A DNA stretch of 64,000 nt from the NCBI GenBank assembly GCA_036172245.1, contig JAYWIR010000018.1:496001-560000 (forward strand), given 5' to 3'. The notes beneath the pieces were generated by a model. The model was given only the letters and a program-made list of their open reading frames with translations. It made no database searches and was not told the DNA's origin. A program made the translations under genes and the position numbers. Positions 23,383 to 33,782 of this stretch are shown here, one piece after another; position 1 is the stretch's first letter; each line of letters starts with the position of its first letter. Origin of the DNA: Raillietiella orientalis. Its lineage: Eukaryota.

Positions 23383-24920
23383 ACCTGTTGATTGGAAAAC
23401 AAATCTGACAGTAAGGGTTGCCACAACTAGAACCATTCGAACCTTCGGAAACTCTTAAATCAAAAGGCATGTTTCGGTTGCATACTATCTTGAACACTAC
23501 CTCCGTTGTGCATACTGATCATAAGTGCAGGTCCCTAGAGCTATCAAAACCAAAATGAAAAATTTATAAAAAAGAGCAAAACGGAAAGGAACATTACTTT
23601 ATTTTCAGATTATGCTGTAGAAACTTCTCCTGAACAGAATGAAGAAGCTTACCAGCTATTTAAAGTGTATCAAGAGCAAAACTTTTGTTAAGAATGCTTT
23701 CCTGTATTCTAAGATGAGATTAATGTAGATTCACCTTAGGCTTCTGTGGACTGATATTTTCTTTAATTATGCTAAAACTTGGAAATTAAAAATTTCAGAA
23801 TTCATTTTTCAAATTCAAAAAATCATTGAAAAACCTACAAACTCATATTCCCAATCTCTAATAATCTCGCAAAATCATAAGCCGTTTGTCCTGTTCCTAT
23901 TGTAAAAGTGTAGTCCATTTTAATCCTGCATTACTTTCTTTGAGAAGAATATAAATTTGATCAAATGTTATGAAAATAAAAACTGATCACTAAATCATTA
24001 CTCCTTGCCAGCAATTTCCGTAATGAGCCTTTTGATCTAAAGTGATCTGTATTATCATTTATGCGCGTTCCTGTGGATGCAACACACTAAGGATGAGTTG
24101 TTTTCATTTATTTCTGAGTGCTGATAAAGATGGAATCATCTCAAGTGTATACGTTAAAACATCTGAAATTTTCGACTGATTTCTTTTCCATTTTAATAAG
24201 TATTTGCAAGTGTTGAATATTAAATTTGCAACACTGAAAATCCGGCTCAAGACTGCCGTGTAAACTCATAATTTGAAGAGTACAATTAAACCTTTCTGTG
24301 ACACAGGAAGTTATCGAACCAAAGCATGCATGCAGGATACTAGAAAGGATAAGCAGAAAAGCTGACTCCGAACAGTGTGCTTCGTTTCTTTGATATTCAA
24401 TGTTGCAACCAAGATAGCGACTCCGCAGTGACTAGCACAAACCTGACAGTAAATTTTTAGGTCAAACACTGCAGCGGACCGGAACGAGGTTCATTCCATT
24501 CATTTTCGGAAGAACAGTCTCAGGACAAGAGATATGTTTCGAACTCCCATCTAGAAGCCGATTTTTTTTCACTTACACGAATGCTATTCGTTGGCTTTGT
24601 TTACCACACCAAAATGGTTCAAGTGGAAAGGCGGAGTATCTTATTTAAATTTTGTGGAAAAAGGGAGAATGAGAAAGGGATTCTTTTGAAAATAAAGGGT
24701 ACCAAATGCTCATCCAGTACCTGATCCAGGCAGTGCTTAATATCCAAGAAGTTACAGAAAGAGATGGAGGACTAAAACCATTCAAGGGTTTTCATCTAAG
24801 GGAACTGGAGCGATTACTTTATGAAACAAGAGTAAAGCAGTATAGAAATAGAAGCAGAAGTAAATCATTGTATTCAGTGCAGGAGGAGGTGTTGGAGAGA
24901 AAAAACGACTTCGAGAAGGA

Positions 24921-26320
24921 ATGATGATACAAACTTTGAAGCTGATGGGATTGGACCGGGACAGAGCGTCTGAAGAAGGAACACCTGCTAATTTCAAGTC
25001 CTCCGGCAAAGCAATGAATACACATAAGTCAACCGGAGCGGCTCCGAACCCAAAATCTTCTCGGGATGTCACGTATCTACGAGTCGTTTCTGAAACGATT
25101 TTTGGTTACCCCAACTTCAGAAACAGAGACCCGAAGAAGGTTCAAGCACAGCAACAAGATGTGAAGAGATTTTTCCACCGGAAACTAGGGCACTTGGAAA
25201 TAAAAAAGGCCTCTGGGAGAATATATCAAGAAACTAGTTCCAAAAAAAGCATGGACTATAGCCAGTCGGTTTGGTACAGGGGATACCCTGAACCCTCTAG
25301 AGAAACACCTAAAACTCTCGAAGACTTCCTTTCCTTTCTCCTCTCCGATCTTTTCCTCATTCCTCACGAGCACCCAGGATTCTCAAGTGGTTTTCTGATT
25401 ATCTCCGACAGCATACAGAACCATGAAAAATGGAGTACCATCATTAAGACTGAAAAAGTGTTTGATTGTCCACCGAAGAAGCTAGTCTCCTAACCCCTTT
25501 TACACTAACCCTGTCCTGATCTCCTCCTAGAGCATTAAATCATCACAATTTCTAAGATATTTTGGCTATGAATAATTGATTACACTTGTTTTCCCTTTAG
25601 GTTATGCTTTTTACATAAAGACAGAAATATACACTTATAAGACTGACCACTATTCAATCCAGTCGTAGGAATAAAGCCATTCGAAGTGCTTTCTCATTAC
25701 GGCTGGACTGAATAGTCTTTGAAAAGCGTATCTTTTATATTTTCCTTTCACCAAGAAAAATTCATTTTACCTACTACATTATGCTGGCACAGAGATAGAA
25801 CAGGCACTGATGACACCTTCAAATCAAGTTTACCGCAGAGCGAACTAAGGACCGTGAGATACACCTGTGAGATCGCTTAGATGGAGCAAGAGATGCTGAC
25901 AAGTCGAAGCTATGGGAAGCTTGTTACCAAGTTGGGAAATAACAGAATTCGACTTTTTCTAGAACAGTTGAGAATCAATAAGGAAAGCTACTACTTTTCA
26001 TTCTTTTTCTCTCCGTCTCCCTCCTTCACAAAGAGTTTCTGGAAAAATTTCCTTAGACTGGAAGCTGCGTCTTTTCTCCGAGTTGGATTTCCGAACTTCC
26101 CAAACAGATCTCCACCGGATGATAGCACACACACATCCATCGATTTGTAGTTTGAGGAACTTCAGTAGATTTAAGTAGCAAGCTTTCGTAGGCACAAAGA
26201 TGCTAGAGATTAAGAATAATGCTCATGGAGTTGATATAATCCATAGAAGCCGGAGGGTCGACATCTCTTGGCTTTTGTCTCCAAGTGCTGACTGGTTATC
26301 CGGATTCCGATGGAAGATAG
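24921..26320 (+). mobile_element. Decayed LINE RT C-terminal remnant between the divergent genes
   Basis: DVTYLRVV (cf. VKYLGV), RIY...SMDYSQSVW (cf. Y...LDYxxxVW), SQVLTGY at about 26280-26300 (cf. TQxLTGHG). Confidence 0.45.
25649..25716. other. 68-nt near-perfect hairpin (pre-miRNA-like or MITE relic)
   Basis: Arms ACTATTCAATCCAGTCGTAGGAATAAAGC and GCTTTCTCATTACGGCTGGACTGAATAGT pair over 29 nt with a few mismatches/G:U pairs; 10-nt loop. Confidence 0.6.
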
Positions 26321-27183
26321 AGATTCGCCCCTACTGACGTTAGGGAATCGTTTCCGATGTCAACTCTTGCAATATATCAGAATGATTTCAGATACAATCT
26401 TGAGATGATGCTTGTTCAACAGCTAAGAATTTCCAGGAAAAAAAGGAACAAAAATATTGATTGGAGTTTATGCATGCTAATGATGTTTTTTAAAAATCTG
26501 CTTAAAAAATAAAGTATTTATATTTACTTTATTAGAAAAATTATACAAAATTTTGAGAAATATCGTATGTAATACGGAACCAAAGAAATAAAAGTAAGTT
26601 TACAAAGGGCACTTTGCTTGGTATTTTGCACTATACATTGTAAGCTGCTGTTGTACTTCATGTAATTTGTGCATGGACGATATTAAGCGATATGTAATGA
26701 AGTCATCGTTTATGTCTGATAGTTGCATGAGTTTGTAATATTAGGGGCGGTTATTCTTCTTGACAGGCTAATTTTTGTTTATTTATAACCCGGAATCTAA
26801 TGAAAAAATTGGTATTTCCGACTTTTTAATTCGAGCATTCCAAGCGTAGGGAATAAAGTGTAGTAATAACGTGTTCAGAAAAGTATGTGTTGTTTTTTCC
26901 ATCCATTGAAATCTTCTATGGCGTATTTTCCATCTGTGTGTTCCAATGATTAAATGCTAAAAGGATTTTTTTTTAATTTTTTTCTACGGGATTTCTCCAT
27001 ATTAGTTATTTGTTTCAGTGTCCATCTGAATGTTCTAGAGCATCAACGTGTGGTTTGCCAATAAAAATTGCTCCATTCACAAAAACCATTAATGAAAGCA
27101 AAGGGTATTTGTTTTTGTGAGTTGTATTTGTAGATGTCGGGAAGACAGGATATTTGAAACATAGAAGATATTACATTGTGATA

Positions 27184-27186
27184 ATG
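27184..27186 (+). CDS. CAPZB: Probable ATG-only coding part of the first coding exon of capping protein beta
   Basis: ataATG|GTAAGT is a perfect phase-0 donor; the next exon begins in phase 0 at residue 2 (TEQQLDHAL) and lacks its own Met. Confidence 0.55.
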
Positions 27187-28919
27187 GTAAGTAAGGAATT
27201 TTTTAAACGCATGTACTTCAGTATTTTTAATTTTTTAAAATGCATATCAGCCAAACCTGCAGATGTATATTTAATATTAATTTTTCCAGTCCGGGAACAT
27301 GCCGGTACGATATGTGTCATTTTGTGGAAACCCTGTACATCTTACAGTAAAATCAATGATTTGTAAATGATTTCGAATCCTCTTCTTGTCCAGAAGGATA
27401 CGACAGTGTCTATTCTGTTTCTCTTCATCGTTGGCGGCTTTGCTGTTTTTCACGTATTTGCACGTTTTAATTGTGTGAGAGTGAGTACAAGAGATGCTTC
27501 TTTGTTAATGGATGTAGATAAAGGAAGTCAGTTAACTTAAGCTAGTGGGTGTTTTATTTCAAAACTGCGCGCAAAGTTTTCTAGCTTTGAAACACCATAG
27601 TCAGCAGTAGCTGTTCGAAAAGTTAAATTGGAATTATTTAGGCCTTTATTGAGGATTCTCCTGTTAACCATCTCAGCTCAATTTTCCAACGTATTCAAAG
27701 TAGATTCCAAGATTTCAGAAATGTGTGGTTCTCTACAGTGGATCTGGTGCTTTTTCTTGTTGCCACTTGATTTGCCATTCGAAACTTGTAGCTGTGGTAA
27801 TATTTGGTGTTTTTGAAATAAATGCATTTAATTTTAGGACGGTATCCACAGTCTTATTGTGGTTTTCTATGGATTCTGGAGTTGGGTGGGCATTAATTTG
27901 CTCATAGAGAAGTGAAATGTTCGTTCAAAATCGAATTGAAACAATGTCAAGGAGTTTGTTGCTAAAAAGTATCTTTCTACAGAGTGCCAGAATTTCCATG
28001 TCCTTGGAATGTATACTGCTTATTGGAGTTGCCCTAGAAATCCATTCAGTCACATCCCATGTACCAGAAGGTATGATTGCTTATTTGCTAATAAGTAATC
28101 ATATGTGAAATGCATTCTTTCTTTTAGTTTTGAAAATTCACTAAATTGCATCTTATTTTTCTTCCTTGTTTTCTTGGTACGACTCCAAGTGATTTCACAG
28201 ATTTGAAAACAGTGTATGAGTTTCCTCTGACTCATTTTCGACAATAGGTTATTTAAAGAGTTGGCAGATTGAAATCAGTGGTTTTGTGGATGTTTCTATG
28301 TTCTACATCGATACCAATTTTTAAGCAGAGTTTGAAACCAGTAGAGTAGCATTTAAAGAGTGAAATTATTTTCAAGATAGTCAGAATGTCTATTCATGTT
28401 TGTATTTTGTAGTAAGTTTGTAATAGCTGGACAGACTATGTTGGAAGTTGTAGTTATTATATAAATATAGGTATGGCCACTTTCATTTGTAATAGCCATT
28501 ATTTGCTGTTCAAGTTTTGTTTCTTTGTTTGTATGGAAATGAAGATTCACACAGTTCCTGGATCTGTCGCTCAGCAGATATTTCCCAAGTAGGATTCTTG
28601 GTTCCAAAACAGCTGCTGGTTAATCACAGACACATTCTTGAAATATTAGCTTACATGAAATTTGTGCAGATTTCTGAGCCTCCTTGAAAAGTGATGTAAA
28701 TTGTTTTGTCAGTGTGTTGCTTATTTGCCCTGGAGCATGACATTTCATGCATGAAGTATAGTAACTAGACATTATGTTGTATGTTTTGTCAAATCGTGTT
28801 ACTTTCTTTGCATAGTACATACACAAAAAGACTGCAGTGGTATGGGTGAACAAAAGGTACTTACCAGACAAAGGTTGCAAAAAGTTCTGGATTCATATTT
28901 TTTTTTTTTTTTTCCATGT

Positions 28920-29460
28920 TATTTCTCATGGGAATATTTTTTAGCAACCAGTTTGGTCAAAAGGATTTTGAAGTCCTTCTTAGCCCCACGAAGTGTGCTC
29001 ACTAAGGGAAATGAGTGTAATGTAAAAGTTGTACTTCCCTTGACTGCACATGGTATGCTGCAGCAGGGATAGTCATCTGCTTTGCTCCAACATGAGCTCT
29101 CTACAGTGTCTTTCTGTCTCAACCTCACCATTAGTGTAGGAAGCTTGCCTCGGTTGTCCATTTTGTTTTCTCACACGCGTTTTCCATTTGTCTGCCTTGC
29201 AATGCACTTTTGTTGTAAACGCTCCAGCTCTTTACACTATCGAAAGGATATCGCAGATTACTTCATTTGGCTGTGATAGTGAACTTGCTTGGATGGTATA
29301 TTCCGTGCTTATTCAATGATGCATAGATAGTTGGTGTTGCACATTTTGAGCTTGTTTGTGGTGTTTATCCGGGAAAAAAGGATTGCGACCATTGCGTTGC
29401 CTTTGCATGCTGCTCGTTTTGTTCTTTTCTACTTCCTGCTCGCTACTTAACCAAGTTTCG
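28920..29460 (-). mobile_element. Decayed RTE-like LINE 3' remnant in the CAPZB first intron
   Basis: ELERLQQKCIAR (cf. LERFHQRCLR), RGKLPTL, LRGAKKDFKILLTKL (cf. GGQKKRFKDxLK). Confidence 0.45.
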
Positions 29461-29823
29461 GTTTGATGTCATTTAGCAAGTTTCGAGACTTTTCAAGCAC
29501 AGTTTTCAGTTCGATAAATTTATGGGGGCTTCGAATTGTGTCATTGTCCAATACAATTGTACTAGCGATGTTACCATGTTTTAGATGTACCTCGGATTTT
29601 TCCCATTCGAGTATCATCCTTTCATCCGTGATGAATTTTGTAGCGTGATCGGATTGGGATTTTGTGACTATGTTGAATGTAAAAAATGATGCAACTGGCT
29701 TGATAAGCAATCCTGTCATTTTTGTAGAGTTCCTTGCATAGCACCTTTGCAAATGTGTATACTGTTTTTATTTGTTTTTTTTTTACTTGTTCAATAAGCA
29801 ACTGAGTGAAGATTTTTATATAG

Positions 29824-30035
29824 ACAGAACAACAGTTGGACCATGCCTTAGATTTAATGAGAAGGCTTCCTCCGCAAAGAGTTGAAAAGAATTTGAGTGA
29901 TCTAATCGATTTGGTGCCACCACTATGTGATGATTTACTGTCTTCTATCGATCAGCCTTTGAAAATAGCTTTTGACAAGGCCACAGGAAAAGAGTATTTG
30001 TTGTGTGATTATAATCGCGATGGAGACTCGCATAG
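29824..30035 (+). CDS. CAPZB: F-actin capping protein beta subunit, exon
   Basis: [32 protein letters not shown]...[14 protein letters not shown]; tatag acceptor, GTAAAG donor. Confidence 0.97.
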
Positions 30036-30278
30036 GTAAAGATGCTCAATGCAACAAACTGTTGTTGTCCCCGCTGTTATATCCCCGCTGCAGTCTTCAC
30101 TTTGTGAATTTGCAGTTTCCCCTTTTTCATGCACTTTGAGAGAAATCATGGGAAACGTGCAAGTGTAACGTACAAAACTGAACTCGAAAGCCGTTTCCTA
30201 AGTACAGTTGGCACACCGGTGTGCAGCGCGCCTGCAACGTGGAGTTCGCAAAGATAGATGGTGCAATTATTCTTGCAG

Positions 30279-30451
30279 ATCTCCTTGGAGCAATACTTAC
30301 GAACCCCCTTTAGAGGAAGGGGCGATGCCATCGGACAGATTACGGAAACTGGAGATTGATGCCAACTCGGCGTTCAATCAGTACAAGGATCTGTACTTCG
30401 AGGGCGGCGTTTCGTCCGTGTATCTGTGGGACCTGGAACACGGCTTTGCCG
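30279..30451 (+). CDS. CAPZB: F-actin capping protein beta subunit, exon
   Basis: [25 protein letters not shown]...[20 protein letters not shown]; phases consistent. Confidence 0.97.
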
Positions 30452-30590
30452 GTCGGTTGGTTGACGTGCCTCCCTAAAGCTTGCTTTTCGGGAAAACAAA
30501 ATCAAAGGGACAGTGGAGCATGCCATGGGCTCGATTGTCTGCTACCCGGTTAACCCCATCTGACGGTAGCCCCACCCTTTCCTTGTGTAG

Positions 30591-30790
30591 GTGCCATATT
30601 GATTAAAAAGGCTGGGGACGGTTCCGCAATGATCAAAGGCTGCTGGGATTCGATCCACGTCATCGAAGTGCAAGAGAAGTCGAACGGTCGCATCGCACAT
30701 TACAAGCTAACGTCCACGGTCATGCTGTGGCTGCAGACCAAAAAGTCGGCGTCTGGCACGATGAACATAGGCGGGAGCCTGACCAGACAG
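30591..30790 (+). CDS. CAPZB: F-actin capping protein beta subunit, exon
   Basis: [29 protein letters not shown]...[14 protein letters not shown]...GGSLTRQ. Confidence 0.97.
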
Positions 30791-30845
30791 GTGGGCCTCT
30801 GCGGCCCCCTGTCTGCCTGATCTCACCCTCTTCCCCTTCTTCCAG

Positions 30846-31085
30846 TCGGAGAGCGACGCAGTGGTGAATGACCTGACTCCCCATATCGTAAACATGGGCC
30901 GCATGATCGAAGAGATGGAGAACAAGATAAGGAACACACTGAACGAGATTTACTTCGGAAAGACCAAGGACATAGTCAACGGCCTTCGTTCTTTGCACTC
31001 GCTGTCCGAAGAACAGCAGATGAACGCCCTGCAGAGCGAGCTCGCGATGAAGCTGCAGAAGCGCCATTTCCAGGCCGAGAGCTGA
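30846..31085 (+). CDS. CAPZB: F-actin capping protein beta subunit, last exon
   Basis: PHIVNMGRMIEEMENKIRNTLNEIYFGKTKDIVNGLRS...; stop TGA at 31083-31085; preceded by a 55-nt intron. Confidence 0.97.
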   Translation, partial: SESDAVVNDLTPHIVNMGRMIEEMENKIRNTLNEIYFGKTKDIVNGLRSLHSLSEEQQMNALQSELAMKLQKRHFQAES

Positions 31086-31263
31086 GCCGCCCGCGATCTT
31101 TGGGGCAGCCGCAGTTTCGAAGCGATGACGACGTCTTCCAATTCGGCGGAGTGGGTGACCACGGCGTGGGCGAAATGAAAGAATCAAAAAAGGAATAAGG
31201 ATGGTTTCTTCTTGCTCTTTCTTTCTTTCTCTCTCTCTCTCTCTCTCTTTTTTTTTTGCACAT

Positions 31264-31269
31264 TTTATT
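31264..31269 (-). promoter_or_regulatory. Probable polyadenylation signal (AATAAA, minus strand) for the Ski-like gene
   Basis: TTTATT on the + strand, about 1.1 kb past the Ski stop. Confidence 0.5.
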
Positions 31270-31281
31270 GAACATTTCTTA

Positions 31282-31287
31282 AATAAA
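31282..31287 (+). promoter_or_regulatory. Polyadenylation signal (AATAAA) for CAPZB
   Basis: AATAAA about 200 nt after the stop codon. Confidence 0.65.
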
Positions 31288-32389
31288 CTATCACTTAAAG
31301 ACTTTGCATAACGTGTCAATATGAAATGGCAAGTTGGAACTCACCGGTGGGAACTATTACAGAGTTCGGTTACCTCATATCACCGCGCTATCCAAAACGA
31401 AGCAGCTGCCGTTTTCTTCCCGTCTCGTTTGCCCTTCGCGTATAAAACACCCACGGTGGGGGGACTAGATTCGTATAAACTCGTCGTCTGTTCTGATTAG
31501 TTTGGTTGGTACACGGCGCGAATACTTGAAGTGGCGAGGGAGACAAAACGAAAAACAAAGGAAATGTCCCTGAGCTCATTTTCTTTTAAAACTTTGAACC
31601 TGATTATTCGAGCGGAAAAAAAAAGGGGGGGGGGGAGGCGCATGATGAGATTCCTGCATCCCTCCTCCCTTAGTCTTGCGGGGAGGGAGAAGGTGCCGCG
31701 ACGCCATCCCAGAGGACGAAGCGTCCTGCCGTCCCCAGGTCGATGATGCTTCTGCTGTTCCACTCCGTCTCCCTGTTACGATCTCGGCGGCAATCCCAAT
31801 GCAGCACCAGCGCATCCAGATCGCCCTCCTCCTAAGGATGGACGCTAGGGAGGAACCGGCGGCAACATGGGAGGAAGGGGGGGAGATGGAACAGGAGGGA
31901 AGGTTTCCCATTGTGCGTGCTCCGACGGTCCACGTTGAGCGCATGTCTCAGAAAATGCCTGCGGCGGCGGCTGTAGGACCTAGCTCCACACGGTCCAGCA
32001 CACCGGAAACACGTGGGCGGCGCTGCAGGTAGCAGCAGCAGCAGCATCAGGTGAACGCACAAGCAGGTGAAATTGCGCTCTTCCCATCATCGTCATCCTG
32101 AGTGCCGGCACAGATCACACGGCACGTTTGGGGCGGCGCCGAGATGGCGCGTGCGCCAGCATCCGGTAGATAAAAAGGGGGCGGCCATACCCGTCTTGTC
32201 CTCCTCGTCAGGGACGAGGGGAAGGAAGGGCAGGGGAGGGGGCGAACAGAAATCGACGAAACCGGTAAGCAGGGGGGCGGTCCGGCGCAGTCAAACACGC
32301 CGTGTTGCCGCCCGCTCGAGGGCCGGGGCTGTGCGCTCCGGGAAAGGAGAGGTCCACGCGCTCAGCGGGGCCGGGGGGTTGCGGCTCGT

Positions 32390-32485
32390 TCACATCCCGT
32401 TCTTCAGGCAGACGTGCTCCTTCTTCTGATGCAGAATCTCGCTCTTACTGCCCTCGAGTGGCGGCTTTGGAAACTCCGCCAGGTG
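32390..32485 (-). CDS. SKI: Ski/SnoN-family protein, last exon (HLAEFPKPPLEGSK...LKNGM*)
   Basis: Strong acceptor cttctccttttccag, phase 0, TGA stop. Confidence 0.7.
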   Translation of the reverse strand, partial: HLAEFPKPPLEGSKSEILHQKKEHVCLKNGM

Positions 32486-32610
32486 CTGGAAAAGGAGAAG
32501 TTGAGGAGAGCAGCACGGCTTCCCCCGGTTCGCCCGCCCTCCTACCAGAGCGGCGCAATCCCGCCTCGTTCCTCCCTTCCCGACCGCTCCCCGGCGGCGG
32601 CGCGCCTCAC

Positions 32611-32781
32611 CTGCAAGTGCCTCAGGGACTCCAGCTCCTTGCGCAGCTTGCAGTTCATGGTCAGCAGCCGGTCGTTCTCCGACATCAGCAGCTCCACCTC
32701 CTGCTTGTGCTGGAGCTTGATGTTCCCGATCTGGTTGATGAGCAGCGAGATTTTCTGGAAGCACGACGACGACTGTGCCAT
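32611..32781 (-). CDS. SKI: Ski/SnoN-family protein, coiled-coil exon
   Basis: MAQSSSCFQKISLLINQIGNIKLQHKQEVELLMSENDRLLTMNCKLRKELESLRHLQ; donor CAG|GTGAGG; tandem acceptor GAGGAGCAG (start 32787, 32784 or 32781). Confidence 0.75.
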
Positions 32782-32975
32782 CTGCTCCTCCGTACGTCCC
32801 GGGCGGAAGGGTGGGGAGGGGAGGATGGTGCGCGCGGCAGACGTCGCGCTGAGCGTCGTCTGCCCCGCGGCATGGTAGGAGCGCAGGCGGACGGGGAGGG
32901 GGGGGACAAGCGGCGGCGGGACGCGCACACTCGCTGCTGTGCCCGGGAAAGGAAAAGAAAAAAATTCTTGCGTAC

Positions 32976-33130
32976 CTTCAAGGACCTGCGCTTCGACCGG
33001 ACGTACTGCTTCAGTTTCTCAGACATCAGCACCTGGCAATGGTCCATGAACGAAATTATGTTCTTTCGACTTTCTGCTTCCACGCCGTCCAAGTACCGCT
33101 GCAGAATATCCCGGTCGTACACAAACGGTT
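32976..33130 (-). CDS. SKI: Ski/SnoN-family protein, exon at start of coiled coil
   Basis: Poly-T acceptor; PFVYDRDILQRYL...SEKLKQYVRSKRRSLK (cf. Ski KLSAALQAKRSL); donor AAG|GTACGC. Confidence 0.78.
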
Positions 33131-33685
33131 CTAGAAAAAAAAAAAACGAAAAAAGAAAAAAAGAAGAGAAAGCAACAGAATGGAAGACGCACTATAAGGG
33201 GCGTGCGCAGCCAGGCGAGCACGCCCTTCTTTCCCCACCTCTCTCCCTGAGGATGTCGAAGGGCTCTCGGTCCTGCTCCCTCTTTTCCCCAGTAGCATCA
33301 GCGCAGACTCCCCCCCCCCCGAGGAGTGGAGCTCTCCAAGTACACCAGCAAGGCGCCTGGTCCGCGCCGCCCCCCATGCACAGGAAGGCCTCTCCTTCAT
33401 GCCCGGCTTGTGGTGAGTCGGATCCGCGCCAATGAGCAGGAAAAGCCCTCCGGAAACGCCTGCCACCTCCCTTCGTCATTCGTTCCGCCCTCCTCTTCCA
33501 GAGGACGGGTGAAGTGGGGAATTTCCGGGTCTTCCATCGCCCATTCCGAAATGGAAAGCTCCTTTCTTGTTCCCAAGACCCCGCGCCAGCATAGAATTAT
33601 CTAAACTTCCCCTCGATGCGCAGGAAACCCGTCGCGCATACTCCTCCGCCGAGAGGGAGTTTCCCCGTTCGGTTCCTATGGGTAC

Positions 33686-33782
33686 CGCACGGTGACGATG
33701 CTGCCGACAGGGAAGATGACGGTAGCCTCCAGGACGGAGGAGAGAATGGGGGAGCTCTCGCGGTTTGTGTCGTTCGACAGTT
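33686..33782 (-). CDS. SKI: Ski/SnoN-family protein, probable Ser/Pro-rich exon
   Basis: ctctctgcag acceptor; 97 nt supplies the needed phase 0 to 1 bridge; weak donor GTACCC. Confidence 0.5.

Noticed and set aside
23360..23384. Possible 25-nt GT-AG intron extending the MUM1-like frame
   Set aside because: Far shorter than the smallest supported introns here (51-55 nt); likely coincidence.
29628..29806. Box C (GTGATGA) and box D (CTGA) snoRNA candidate in the CAPZB intron
   Set aside because: Too long, no terminal stem, box D too close to the acceptor, and adjacent to a LINE relic.
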